From: Patescibacteria group bacterium
GTDB lineage: Bacteria > Patescibacteriota > Minisyncoccia > Phycocordibacterales > DATDWN01
Reading direction: 5' to 3'
Assembly (NCBI GenBank): GCA_040389125.1
Contig: JAZKAN010000001.1
Span: forward strand, 47,398 to 111,397
Length of the DNA: 64,000 nucleotides
The position numbers and the translations under genes were made by a program. Shown here one piece after another: positions 29,252-38,350 of the stretch. The stretch's first letter is position 1. Each line of letters opens with the position of its first letter. The notes beneath the pieces were generated by a model. The model was not told where the DNA came from, made no database searches, and saw only the letters and a program-made list of their open reading frames with translations.

Positions 29252-29281
29252 TTGACAGGGGATAGGGGAGTATGCTATAGT
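29252..29281 (+). promoter_or_regulatory. Sigma70-type promoter TTGACA-18-TGcTATAGT
   Basis: TTGACA at 29252-29257, TGc at 29273-29275, TATAGT at 29276-29281. Confidence 0.55.
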
Positions 29282-29292
29282 GTAGGAACTCA

Positions 29293-29862
29293 GTGAATGC
29301 TGAGTTTTTGCATTTTACACCGCATTCAATCCAGAATTACAATCCTAATCAACACAGTATTTTAAATTTTACAGCTATTAGTTTGTTCATGGTTATGTCA
29401 GCCGCAGTTGGAATGACAAATCCAGTACGAGTTACAGAAGTTCCTAAAATTGAGACAAATCTAGTCAAAGAAACTACGAAAAAGGAGGTTGAGAACATGA
29501 TGAGTACTGAAAAGTATGTACGACAATATTTCTCTGACATCCCAATCATGATTCAGGTGGCTCGATGTGAATCTCACTTTAGACAGCTCGACAAGGATGG
29601 AAACGTCCACCGAGGAGTAGTGAACGACCGAGATGTAGGTGTAATGCAGATTAACGAGTATTACCACCTCGACGAGGCAGAGACACTCAACTACAACTTG
29701 TATACACTTGATGGAAACATGGCATACGCCCGCAAGCTCTACGAGCGAGAGGGAACAGAGCCTTGGGTCTCGTCAAAGGCATGTTGGGGTAAGTATGAAA
29801 ATACGATTGCTACGACGCCAAAGGTTGCGACAACTACTGCTCTCGCAATGAATGTAAAATAA
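29293..29862 (+). CDS. Lysozyme-like (SLT/transglycosylase-type) domain protein; start uncertain
   Basis: VARCESHFRQ ... DVGVMQINEYYH resembles the catalytic ES ... GxMQI pattern. A hydrophobic anchor ILNFTAISLFMVMSAAVGM is included only if the GTG 29293 or TTG 29308 start is used. An alternative ATG at 29497 has SD AAGGAGG. Confidence 0.55.
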   Translation: MNAEFLHFTPHSIQNYNPNQHSILNFTAISLFMVMSAAVGMTNPVRVTEVPKIETNLVKETTKKEVENMMSTEKYVRQYFSDIPIMIQVARCESHFRQLDKDGNVHRGVVNDRDVGVMQINEYYHLDEAETLNYNLYTLDGNMAYARKLYEREGTEPWVSSKACWGKYENTIATTPKVATTTALAMNVK

Positions 29863-29914
29863 GCCATTCACAAAACTACTACAAAAGCCCCGCAAGGGGC
29901 TTTTGTTGTAACTT

Positions 29915-30928
29915 CTATTTTATTTTAATCTTCGCAAAATATTCTCGTATAAATGCATGGAATCTCGTGGCCGCCTCATTCTTTTCCGAATCAGTTCTTT
30001 GAAGGATATAGAGATATACCACCATGATAGATGAGGCATACATAACATAGAGATCATCGAGCTTTCGATTCACTGTGTAGCCACTTCCTTCCTCGTAGCC
30101 CACAAGAAAAGACTCGAACAAACTCTTGTTGTTAGTTAATGCCCATATATCCGTTCCCAATCGATACATCGGAATGAGACGATGATCTATGAGCCATTCT
30201 TCTTTTGGTGCATAGGTATCGATAAGATACAAAATTCCATCAGAAAAAATGGCGTTATGACTATGCAAGTCTCCACCCGTCACCATCTCGTCACTTAATC
30301 CGTTCTCAAACCACTCACGGTTTTCATGCCTAAATTTTTCTAGGAAATCGCAATACTCTTTAAATTCAGTTTCATCTACATACTCAGATACTCCAGATAC
30401 CCAATTTTGCAAATCAGTGATTCTTGCTTCAAATTTATTATAAAAATTTTGTTTTTCTGAAGGTTTTTTCTGGGCATTTTTGAGTGTTTCTCCAAGCTGT
30501 TTTCCTAGACTGAAACTTTCATCCTCCGAGAGTTTTCCTTTCAGTAATTTCTCAAATAATAAATCCTCTGTCTTAGCTTTGTTCATGACGATTACCACCT
30601 CATCGGCTTCATTCGTTGGTTCTGTAATCTTAATCTCACCATTATTAATATTGATTCCAATAACTTTTGCATAAATACTTGGACTTAATGTATGATTCCA
30701 CTCAAAATCGCTTTTGGTAAAATTCATTCGGTCTTTCTTCGGTGCGAGATCACGAAATGCTTTGTTGAAAAAATCATTGTCGTTTTTATAAAGTTTGTAG
30801 ACAGTCTTGTCAAAAATAAACACATTCGACATGACAGTTTCAATATGTTTCGGAATAGAAGTTTCATCGGCAATTTTGCCAGCTTTCATCAGTTCAACAA
30901 AGGGTTTTTGAGAATAATCCATGAACAT
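29915..30928 (-). CDS. Kinase-like phosphotransferase (APH/ChoK fold)
   Basis: Brenner-type GGDLHSHNAIF followed by LYLIDTY (catalytic loop plus metal-binding D). Start trimmed to ATG 30928 to avoid overlap with the upstream gene. Confidence 0.6.
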   Translation of the reverse strand: MFMDYSQKPFVELMKAGKIADETSIPKHIETVMSNVFIFDKTVYKLYKNDNDFFNKAFRDLAPKKDRMNFTKSDFEWNHTLSPSIYAKVIGININNGEIKITEPTNEADEVVIVMNKAKTEDLLFEKLLKGKLSEDESFSLGKQLGETLKNAQKKPSEKQNFYNKFEARITDLQNWVSGVSEYVDETEFKEYCDFLEKFRHENREWFENGLSDEMVTGGDLHSHNAIFSDGILYLIDTYAPKEEWLIDHRLIPMYRLGTDIWALTNNKSLFESFLVGYEEGSGYTVNRKLDDLYVMYASSIMVVYLYILQRTDSEKNEAATRFHAFIREYFAKIKIK

Positions 30929-30983
30929 ACTATACGCAAAAAGGGACCCGATGACAACATAGTCAAAGGGCCCCGCGAATGTA

Positions 30984-31721
30984 CTACTGACAGTCTGCAA
31001 TGAGCTCGACAAGATCGCTGTGGATCAAGCCGTTGCTGATGATGTGACCTTCCACGACGTCCTCTCCTTTATACCTGAGAGGGAAGCCGTGAATGTCTGT
31101 CGCCGTACCACCCGCCTCTTCGACGATGACTTGCATTGCCGAGGTCTCCCATGGCTTCTGGCCAGGGAAAACTGTAGCATCGAACTCGCCCGAAGCGACC
31201 AGCCCACCAAAGTACGCGATGGAAAGCGGATTCATCCACTTTCCGCCGACATCCATCAGCTTCTGGGAGAATGTATGCAGGTTGTACGGAGCATTTCTCC
31301 ACCAGAGCAAACAGACGTTAGAACTTTTCAGGCTCGAGCGCTGGGATACCTTAACTGCGGTATCTCCGTAGCTTCGCCGGATGAAAGCTCCGCGACCAGT
31401 CTCTGCGTGCCACGTCCGTTTCTGAAACGGATCATGGATCAGTCCACTGATCGCACATCCATTCCAAACCACTGAGATACAGAATGCCGATATCGGCATT
31501 CCAAGCGAAAATGGAATGGTGCCATCGACTGGATCGCAGTAGATGGTGTACTCCGCTTCACGAATGTCACCACAGCCTTCTTCGCCGATTACGCAGATGT
31601 GAGGGAAATCGCGGCGAAGCGAATCGATCACGAGTTGGTTGATTGCCGTGTCAGCTTGGGTGAGCGGGGTGTCATCTTCCTTGAACTCCCGTGCCATACC
31701 TAACTGAAATTTGTCTGTCAT
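30984..31721 (-). CDS. Inositol monophosphatase-family protein, GC-rich xenolog
   Basis: GEE, CDPVDGT and WETSAMQVIVEEAGG motifs. GGAGA lies 5 nt before ATG 31721. This is the second IMPase-family gene in the window and has a very different composition from 21111-21893. Confidence 0.75.
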   Translation of the reverse strand: MTDKFQLGMAREFKEDDTPLTQADTAINQLVIDSLRRDFPHICVIGEEGCGDIREAEYTIYCDPVDGTIPFSLGMPISAFCISVVWNGCAISGLIHDPFQKRTWHAETGRGAFIRRSYGDTAVKVSQRSSLKSSNVCLLWWRNAPYNLHTFSQKLMDVGGKWMNPLSIAYFGGLVASGEFDATVFPGQKPWETSAMQVIVEEAGGTATDIHGFPLRYKGEDVVEGHIISNGLIHSDLVELIADCQ

Positions 31722-31828
31722 AATATCTCCGGCCTTTAATGCAAGACCAAAAAGATATTGGGAATTCGGAAAATGTCGTCTGTTCAAGGTGCTACCTCCT
31801 AAGCTTTTCTGTAATTACCATACATTAC

Positions 31829-31856
31829 TTGCATATATTTGTCAATGTGATATAAT
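31829..31856 (+). promoter_or_regulatory. Promoter TTGCAT-16-TGaTATAAT for the radical SAM gene
   Basis: TTGCAT at 31829-31834 and TATAAT at 31851-31856, followed by SD AAAGGAG (31874-31880) and TTG 31888. Confidence 0.55.
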
Positions 31857-31887
31857 GTATCCAGAAACTCTTGAAAGGAGTAGCACA

Positions 31888-34098
31888 TTGAAACACAACA
31901 AGTTTACGGTGTTTCTATCGATTGTCTGTATTCTAAGTCTCTGCAATGTAGAGGCAAAAAGTACAGTCACTGTCGACTGGGATCACCATTCTCGATACAC
32001 ACCAAGAGATGGCTACATTGAACACAAGCCAGCTCTTTACTGCTACCAAAGCGAAGCACGTCGTGGAGTAGCGACATACGCTGATGGTCACACCGAGGAA
32101 TATTTCGTTTGTGAAGAATATCACGAGATACCGGTCCACGGATCTCAAGTGTTCGATCAACCGCTTATTGTAATCGAACAACCGTTCGATACACACAATG
32201 AAAGTATTCCGCTTCAACCGAAGTCACACTTTATTGTGTCGCTTCGGAAAATCACAGCAACGAAACCGGAGCCTATGCTTGGCATGTTGCTTCTCGGTCA
32301 GCGTCGCAGAACGAGAGTGATCGTCGTCGAGCCGCCGGCATTCAACCCGGTTCACATTCCATCTGCTGTATCGCTGCTTTCAGCAGTTCTCGCAGAGGAC
32401 GGACACGATGTGGAACCGCAGTGGGGTCACATTCTTGGGCTGGAACATTTGTTCCTGTCTCAGGGTAACCAATCCGACAAGGAGCGGGTAAAGTGGGCAC
32501 TGCACATCGTCAGGTCAGCTGACGCCAGCGTCCACGATCAATACCTCGCGCGCAAAATCTTCGAGAAAACATCGGAGGCGATCGCGACCAAAGACAAGTT
32601 TCGCTACGAGCGGAACAACGTCATCTACGCATCGCAATACCAAGACGGCACCATCGCTGGTGTCCTTCGGGGGATTGCAGATCGCGAGAACCACTTGTGG
32701 TACTCGTACTTCTCTGAAGTGGAGGTGCCGCACGCGAAGTTGTTCTGGCCTCACATGTATTGCATTTCAGTCGGAGACGAACGGCAGCTTTTCCCGGGAA
32801 TGATCCTGGCCTCGATGGTCAAGGATGCGCTTCCGGGTTGCAAGGTAATCGTGGGCGGAAACTTCTTCGGAAGAATTCCTGACCCGCGAAAATATCCTGA
32901 CTTCGAAAAGCTGTTCGATCACGTCGACGGCATCTGCTACGCCGAAGGCTTTCAACCCATCGTTCAGATGGCACGGAGACTCGATGTCGCCACGACATCC
33001 GGGATGATTTGGAGAAAGGGTAGTGAAGTGGTTGTAAATCCACGGACTAACTATCCGACGAAATTCACGACACTTCCCACACCCGATATGTATGGCAGTG
33101 CGGCACCATGGTCACCTGACTGGACCCCATCACTGTATACAAAGTCACATTGCCCGCTCGCTTGCAATTTCTGTGCGATTGAAGCTCAATCGGACGACTT
33201 TGCAGCTGGCCGGCTTGATGACCGTCCGAAAATCGCACCTCGCTCAATGACACCAATGCAGATTGCTAAACAAATGCAATCAATGTGTGCTCACAAATTT
33301 GATATCGTGGATGCACTCATGTCGATTTCAGAACAACTGGAACTCGGCAAGGCGCTTCGCACAATCGGCTACGAGGCAACATGGCAATGCTATCTGACAG
33401 TGACAGACAATTGTCTGAAACCTCAGGTGGCACAATCGCTTTACGACGCAGGGTGTCGCTCAGTCCAACTTGGACTGGAGACGCTACGGCCGGAGACCTG
33501 TTTCCAAATCCAGAAGCAATGGAATCATCCTTCGGGATACCACAAAATACTGGAGAATTTCAGGAATGCAGGAATCCACACACACGTGTTTCTGATTATC
33601 GGTCTACCGACGGAACCTCTATCTGAGGGACTGCGGTGGGTTGGTTTTCTCGAAAGGTACGGTCGTAACATTCTGACGATCAAGTCAGGACGCTGGCGGC
33701 CCGCTCGGTATGCACCCGAGGTGGAGAAGGGTCTGCTCGATGCACATGTCGAGTTGTATCCCGACACCAAACCGTTCCAGACCAACCGCTCGTTCCGCTA
33801 TCGCGATCCGATTCACTCGAATCAGAAAGTGAATGCGATGCGCGACATTGTGGAACAGGCGTGTCGTCGCCACTGGGCGTACAACGTGACGTCCACCATT
33901 CCGTGGTGGATCAATCGCAGTCGCTACACGTGGGAGGAGCTCGAGGAGATGGCCAAGCAATTACAGCCAGAACCCGACATTCGAGACCTCGATGAACAGA
34001 TCACGCAGATGCGAACCCTTGTTCGAAAAGAGTTGGGAAGAGAAGTCAACTTCCAGACCTGGGACGAACTGGCAGCATTCGCAGTAACCTTGTTGTAA
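31888..34098 (+). CDS. Radical SAM protein with a B12-binding-like N-terminal domain and an unusual signal-anchor extension; GC-rich
   Basis: CX3CX2C cluster SHCPLACNFCAIE. An upstream Rossmann-like segment RVIVVEPPAFNPVHIPSAVSLLSAVLAEDGHDV and a SVQLGLETL block. I propose TTG 31888 as the start (SD 7 nt upstream), giving MKHNKFTVFLSIVCILSLCNVEA. The track ORF start at 31711 overlaps the divergent gene and lies upstream of the promoter. Confidence 0.75.
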   Translation: MKHNKFTVFLSIVCILSLCNVEAKSTVTVDWDHHSRYTPRDGYIEHKPALYCYQSEARRGVATYADGHTEEYFVCEEYHEIPVHGSQVFDQPLIVIEQPFDTHNESIPLQPKSHFIVSLRKITATKPEPMLGMLLLGQRRRTRVIVVEPPAFNPVHIPSAVSLLSAVLAEDGHDVEPQWGHILGLEHLFLSQGNQSDKERVKWALHIVRSADASVHDQYLARKIFEKTSEAIATKDKFRYERNNVIYASQYQDGTIAGVLRGIADRENHLWYSYFSEVEVPHAKLFWPHMYCISVGDERQLFPGMILASMVKDALPGCKVIVGGNFFGRIPDPRKYPDFEKLFDHVDGICYAEGFQPIVQMARRLDVATTSGMIWRKGSEVVVNPRTNYPTKFTTLPTPDMYGSAAPWSPDWTPSLYTKSHCPLACNFCAIEAQSDDFAAGRLDDRPKIAPRSMTPMQIAKQMQSMCAHKFDIVDALMSISEQLELGKALRTIGYEATWQCYLTVTDNCLKPQVAQSLYDAGCRSVQLGLETLRPETCFQIQKQWNHPSGYHKILENFRNAGIHTHVFLIIGLPTEPLSEGLRWVGFLERYGRNILTIKSGRWRPARYAPEVEKGLLDAHVELYPDTKPFQTNRSFRYRDPIHSNQKVNAMRDIVEQACRRHWAYNVTSTIPWWINRSRYTWEELEEMAKQLQPEPDIRDLDEQITQMRTLVRKELGREVNFQTWDELAAFAVTLL

Positions 34099-34173
34099 AA
34101 CTTCGAACATAACCGATTTGTTATGTAGGCCCGCCGTTTTGGTTGGGTCTTTTCTTTTATAAATTTTCTTAAT

Positions 34174-35190
34174 TTAATCCTTCAGGGGATGAAATTTCTT
34201 ATGTGTACTTTCTGCATATTTATCCGATGCATGCACATAACGAGTAGTGGTGTCGAGTGACTCGTGACCAAGGAGGATTTGGATGGCAGCTGGGTTTGCA
34301 CCAGACTCTGCCAGGTACGTTGCGAAACCGTGTCGTAAAGAGTGGGCACTTGTCGGAACATTCATATCGAGTAGCTCTCGATATTTTTTTATTTTCATTT
34401 GCAGGTAGTTCGGAGAAATATGTTTGGAAAGGTCAGCTGCATTTAACCCCCTATTCGGAATGAAGAGGTAAGGGGAGTCATCCGCACGTTTTGCCAGGTA
34501 TGCGTCAATATGCTTTTTGGCACGGTCAGTCAGGTAGATGAATCGCTGTTTACGACCCTTGCCTCGAATAAATATTTTGCCACTTTTATCCAGCTGAACT
34601 TTCTTTAGACTAATGAGTTCTGAAATACGCATTCCACTTGCAAACAAAGTTTCGAGCGCTGCACGGTTTCGAAGTGCAACGAGTGTATTTTTTTCAAATT
34701 TGGTTGGGGATTCAATGAGTCGAACCAGATCCTTGAATTCAGATATCTGCGGATGCTTTTTGTCACCTCGCAGGAGTTTGATTGATCCTGGAACAATCGG
34801 TGTTGAAATATCCATATCGATCAGAAATGACAAGTACCGCCTGAGTGATACTAGAATTCTATTTATTGAATCCGGTTGTAAATACATTTCCGACTGCTGA
34901 CCACACGCAGTTTTCCTGTCTGGTGAGTTCAGTTCTGCCTTGAACTGTTCTATCGTTTTTTTGGATGCCTCACTAAAGGGGATATGAAGTGCACTGTGCA
35001 AAAAGGTATCAAATGTCATCAGATCACGTTCATAGTTGTACAGAGTTTCAGGAGAATAATTATTGGCACGAATGTGTAGTAGAAAATCATCAATAGATGG
35101 AAGTATCCATGCATATTCTTTTCTTTCTTTTTTTACCCTGACCTTCTGTGGGGGAGGGAGCGGTTTTTCTTTTTCTATCTTTTTATTCAT
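34174..35190 (-). CDS. Tyrosine recombinase (XerC/XerD/integrase family)
   Basis: C-terminal catalytic region HSLRHGFATYLAESGANPAAIQILLGHESLDTTTRYVH (R..HxxR..Y) and an N-terminal SAM-like core-binding domain. Confidence 0.85.
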   Translation of the reverse strand: MNKKIEKEKPLPPPQKVRVKKERKEYAWILPSIDDFLLHIRANNYSPETLYNYERDLMTFDTFLHSALHIPFSEASKKTIEQFKAELNSPDRKTACGQQSEMYLQPDSINRILVSLRRYLSFLIDMDISTPIVPGSIKLLRGDKKHPQISEFKDLVRLIESPTKFEKNTLVALRNRAALETLFASGMRISELISLKKVQLDKSGKIFIRGKGRKQRFIYLTDRAKKHIDAYLAKRADDSPYLFIPNRGLNAADLSKHISPNYLQMKIKKYRELLDMNVPTSAHSLRHGFATYLAESGANPAAIQILLGHESLDTTTRYVHASDKYAESTHKKFHPLKD

Positions 35191-35224
35191 TTTTATAGTT
35201 TTAATGTGTAGGGAAGGGATAGTA

Positions 35225-35258
35225 GTAACTGAGTATAATATCTCTAATACTCAGTTAC
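35225..35258. repeat. Perfect 12-bp inverted repeat with a 10-nt spacer upstream of the recombinase gene
   Basis: GTAACTGAGTAT (35225-35236), AATATCTCTA, then ATACTCAGTTAC (35247-35258). Confidence 0.8.
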
Positions 35259-35368
35259 AGTATAGTATACAGGAGGATTTCTCACAAGAGTCCTATCCCC
35301 AACCATAATGCAAAAAAACGACTCCCAATGAATCCAGTGAATCGGTTTCTTTTGAGTTGTCTAGCTAC

Positions 35369-35776
35369 TTACTCTTCCTCGGTTACTCCACCATCAAATT
35401 CCTCGTCACTATCCATCGCAATCTCTTTTGTTTCGTGGATAGTACCATCCTCGTGATGTGCTGGAGAATAAATTGTATACATTCGCAGATTCTCTGAATC
35501 CGATGTATTGATTACATTATGCTCTGCACCAGCAGGAATGATGACCACATCACCGTCTGCTACATCGTATTCAGTGTCATTTACTATGACCTTGCCTTCC
35601 CCGCTTTCAAATCTAAAAAATTGATCGTTGTCTGGGTGAGTCTCGAGTCCAATTTCCTCATTGGGCTGTAGAGTCATGAGCACGAGTTGCATGTGTTCAC
35701 CTGTGTACAAAACGCGTCGAAAGTCCTCATTTTCAAGTGTCAAATCTTCTATATTTGCAAAATATCCTGTTTTCAT
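35369..35776 (-). CDS. Cupin-domain protein
   Basis: Cupin motifs GLETHPDNDQ and IIPAGAEHNVINT, with an acidic C-terminal tail. Confidence 0.75.
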   Translation of the reverse strand: MKTGYFANIEDLTLENEDFRRVLYTGEHMQLVLMTLQPNEEIGLETHPDNDQFFRFESGEGKVIVNDTEYDVADGDVVIIPAGAEHNVINTSDSENLRMYTIYSPAHHEDGTIHETKEIAMDSDEEFDGGVTEEE

Positions 35777-35930
35777 AAATTTTGTTTATTTAATGATAAA
35801 TTCTGTAATACATTTAAAGGCAGTATATCTACCTAACTTTTGTCTCATCATTATCCACTACTCAAATAAAGAGTATATGAATGCTATTTAGTTTCAACAT
35901 ATCGCAACTAATCTAATATAGTTTAATATA

Positions 35931-36221
35931 TTATTCTAAAATTTCAAAAACTTTCTGTTTTGATGTCTGTCCAGAAATAAGTGTCACACATGACGGTGCA
36001 ACTTTAAAATACGTTGCAAGTGCACGTACAATCGCATCATTTGCCTTGCCCTGCACCGGAGCTTCCTTAACCGATACTTTATATGTAATCATTTCTGTTT
36101 TTTTTCCAGTTTCCGATAGGGTAGTCTCCCCTCTCAAACTGTTAAAATCCATAGCTGGTTGACCTACTCTTTCTACCATTTCCCCTTTTGCACGTGTCTT
36201 TGCTTTAACAATAATTCTCAT
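35931..36221 (-). CDS. DUF167/YggU-family protein
   Basis: VSVKEAPVQGKANDAIVRALATYFKV...VTLISGQTSKQKVFEI is collinear with the remembered E. coli YggU core (APPVDGQAN ... G..R.K). Confidence 0.7.
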   Translation of the reverse strand: MRIIVKAKTRAKGEMVERVGQPAMDFNSLRGETTLSETGKKTEMITYKVSVKEAPVQGKANDAIVRALATYFKVAPSCVTLISGQTSKQKVFEILE

Positions 36222-36293
36222 ATATATATAAATTATACACCAAAAAACAGGAAGTGATTTCCTGTTTTCTTCTACGAATTATACCTACGCTTA

Positions 36294-36518
36294 TTACGCT
36301 GCTGGTCCGTCTGGAGCATTCCGTCCATCTGTAGCAACATAACTCACACAATCCCCTTGATTTTTGAATTTCCCATTGAAATCCATCCATCCACCCTTTT
36401 TACACTGATCCTTTGAGGTTGGATACTGTGGTCCTGGATTGATAACTGTTGCGGAAACTACCCCACTAAACATAAAAAGTGCACTGAGAACTACTGCTGA
36501 AAATACAAATTTATTCAT
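36294..36518 (-). CDS. Small secreted Cys-containing protein
   Basis: Signal peptide MNKFVFSAVVLSALFMFSGVVSA. The mature part has a CKKGGW...FKNQGDCVSYV motif. Confidence 0.5.
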   Translation of the reverse strand: MNKFVFSAVVLSALFMFSGVVSATVINPGPQYPTSKDQCKKGGWMDFNGKFKNQGDCVSYVATDGRNAPDGPAA

Positions 36519-36565
36519 GTGATAAAATAAATTAAATTTAATAATACATATAGTATATATCATTG

Positions 36566-37831
36566 CTACAAAAACAATAAATCTCTATCTAAATCATCTG
36601 CATCTGTTCCTATACTTTTACGTTTCAATGCATTGTGTGTTGTGCCAAGATGCACTATATGTCGGCCAAACTTTTTTTCGAGCAGATCAATTTGTTTGTG
36701 AATTGTTTCAAATGTATGTGTAATTTCTGTACCACCAAACAAATCAAGCTGTGATGCTCGCTCTGGTACAAGACCGTGTAGCCCTATGCCAGTTGTGCGA
36801 TACAGTACACCCGGCTTATACATTTTTTTAAAATTCCCATGAGCAAGCGAAATAGGAATTTCTGGTGCATTTGTCGGAGAATCCAGCCTGACTGAACAGC
36901 TTGCATATCGAAACTCTTTTGTCTTGAGAAAAAACGAAATTTCTCTGGGTACAAGTTTATAATGCCGTGCCTTGCTACACGCATCCTCGATATTTTTCGA
37001 CAGTTGCGACAGGAGAAATATTTTGTCGTTTGTTGCGGGATGAAATGACCTCGTTTTCTGAATTGACCCGTATTCTGTTTTTGGTTCTGGATTAACACAC
37101 ATGACACTGACAGATGATAGTTCGAACCAGATTACCTCGTATGGTTTTGACATATGACTAGTGACCCACTCGCGTCCCTTGTGTAGAAAATCAAGTGCAG
37201 TGTCGACACCCTGCATACGTAGAAAATCCCGAGTAGCCCCACCAATACCCCAGATTTTTCCAATAGGAATCTGTGAGAGAAATTTGGGTGCAGTATCCAG
37301 CTCAATCACAGTCAATCCATTTGGCTTGACCCACTTGGATGCGACTTTAGCGAGGCATTTTGTCGGTCCGAGACCAATAGAAACAGAGAGGTTCATTTCT
37401 GTATTTACCTCGTGTTTTATCCGCTCTGCGATCTGCCTGTACGACATGTATAGTGGCTTATCGAGACCAGTCAGGTCTGCAAAACATTCATCGATACTGT
37501 ACTCCTCGACATCGTCCGCATATCTCCGCACAATATCAAACATCATACTCGAGTAGTGTGCATATGATGCATAGTCACCGGGCAATACGAGTACCTGTGG
37601 AAATTCTTTTTTGACACGAAATATCGGCATTCCCCGCACAATCCCGAGTGCTTTTGCCTCGTACGAAAGTGCAGAAACAATCCCGCGTTCCTCACCAGTT
37701 ACGACCGGCAGTCCGCGTAGTTTCGGATTTTTAGCCACTTCCACACCCACGAAAAAGGCATCTCCATCCATATGGAATATGACTTTTTGCTTTCTCCCCT
37801 TCTTTTGCTCGTTCTGTTCTCTCTCCCCCAT
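36566..37831 (-). CDS. dinB: Y-family DNA polymerase (DinB/UmuC-like)
   Basis: IFHMDGDAFFVGVE and SIDECFADLTG catalytic motifs. TATAAT (37838-37843) lies 6 nt before ATG 37831, so I prefer this start over 37867. Confidence 0.83.
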   Translation of the reverse strand: MGEREQNEQKKGRKQKVIFHMDGDAFFVGVEVAKNPKLRGLPVVTGEERGIVSALSYEAKALGIVRGMPIFRVKKEFPQVLVLPGDYASYAHYSSMMFDIVRRYADDVEEYSIDECFADLTGLDKPLYMSYRQIAERIKHEVNTEMNLSVSIGLGPTKCLAKVASKWVKPNGLTVIELDTAPKFLSQIPIGKIWGIGGATRDFLRMQGVDTALDFLHKGREWVTSHMSKPYEVIWFELSSVSVMCVNPEPKTEYGSIQKTRSFHPATNDKIFLLSQLSKNIEDACSKARHYKLVPREISFFLKTKEFRYASCSVRLDSPTNAPEIPISLAHGNFKKMYKPGVLYRTTGIGLHGLVPERASQLDLFGGTEITHTFETIHKQIDLLEKKFGRHIVHLGTTHNALKRKSIGTDADDLDRDLLFL

Positions 37832-37900
37832 TCCCCTATTATAGGTGAACATCCGTTCACCACGCAAGTGGATAAGAAAGTACTGAGCAGAGTGTTGTTC

Positions 37901-38194
37901 CTACCAAACTTTATAAAATTCTCGACTTCCCGCAGTATACATTTCGTGCATGTCCGCAAACGCTTCATTCATCTTTTTCATCTCTGGAGTCGGATTCGCC
38001 CATTTTTCAAACTGTTTTTCGTACTCAGTCAGATTTTCAAATTGACTTACCATAATCACCCGGTGATACTGGCCAGTCATATCTGTTAAAATGTTTACTG
38101 TTTCTGGAAACGTTCCCATATGTTCTTTGCACAACTTTGCTATTTTTGATGCATTCCCCGGCTTACAAATAAACGTGTCATGTACTTGAATCAT
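37901..38194 (-). CDS. Hypothetical protein (possibly a small alpha+beta barrel fold)
   Basis: A 97-aa ORF directly upstream of dinB with no motif recognised. Confidence 0.45.
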   Translation of the reverse strand: MIQVHDTFICKPGNASKIAKLCKEHMGTFPETVNILTDMTGQYHRVIMVSQFENLTEYEKQFEKWANPTPEMKKMNEAFADMHEMYTAGSREFYKVW

Positions 38195-38350
38195 ATTTTT
38201 ATTTATTTAAATTTTAATAGATTGTATTATCTCATATTTTTCCTCAAAATTCGATGAGGAAGTTAAAATTTATTTAGGATTTCACCTTTATTGACAAATA
38301 ATATATAGTATGTATTATATTACTTAGATTAAGTATGAAGGAGAACAGTA

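Noticed and set aside
31711-31887. N-terminal extension of the radical SAM ORF as given in the track (start 31711).
   Set aside because: It overlaps the 5' end of the divergent IMPase-like gene and lies upstream of the readable promoter (31829-31856) and SD. TTG 31888 fits the signals.
4333-34140. Chimeric metagenome assembly as the explanation for the GC-rich segments (4.3-6.5 kb and 31.0-34.1 kb).
   Set aside because: Both segments are short and flanked on both sides by host-like sequence. Their borders fall in intergenic regions with terminators or promoters, which favours real insertions. I cannot exclude mis-assembly without read data, so I list that check under the findings.
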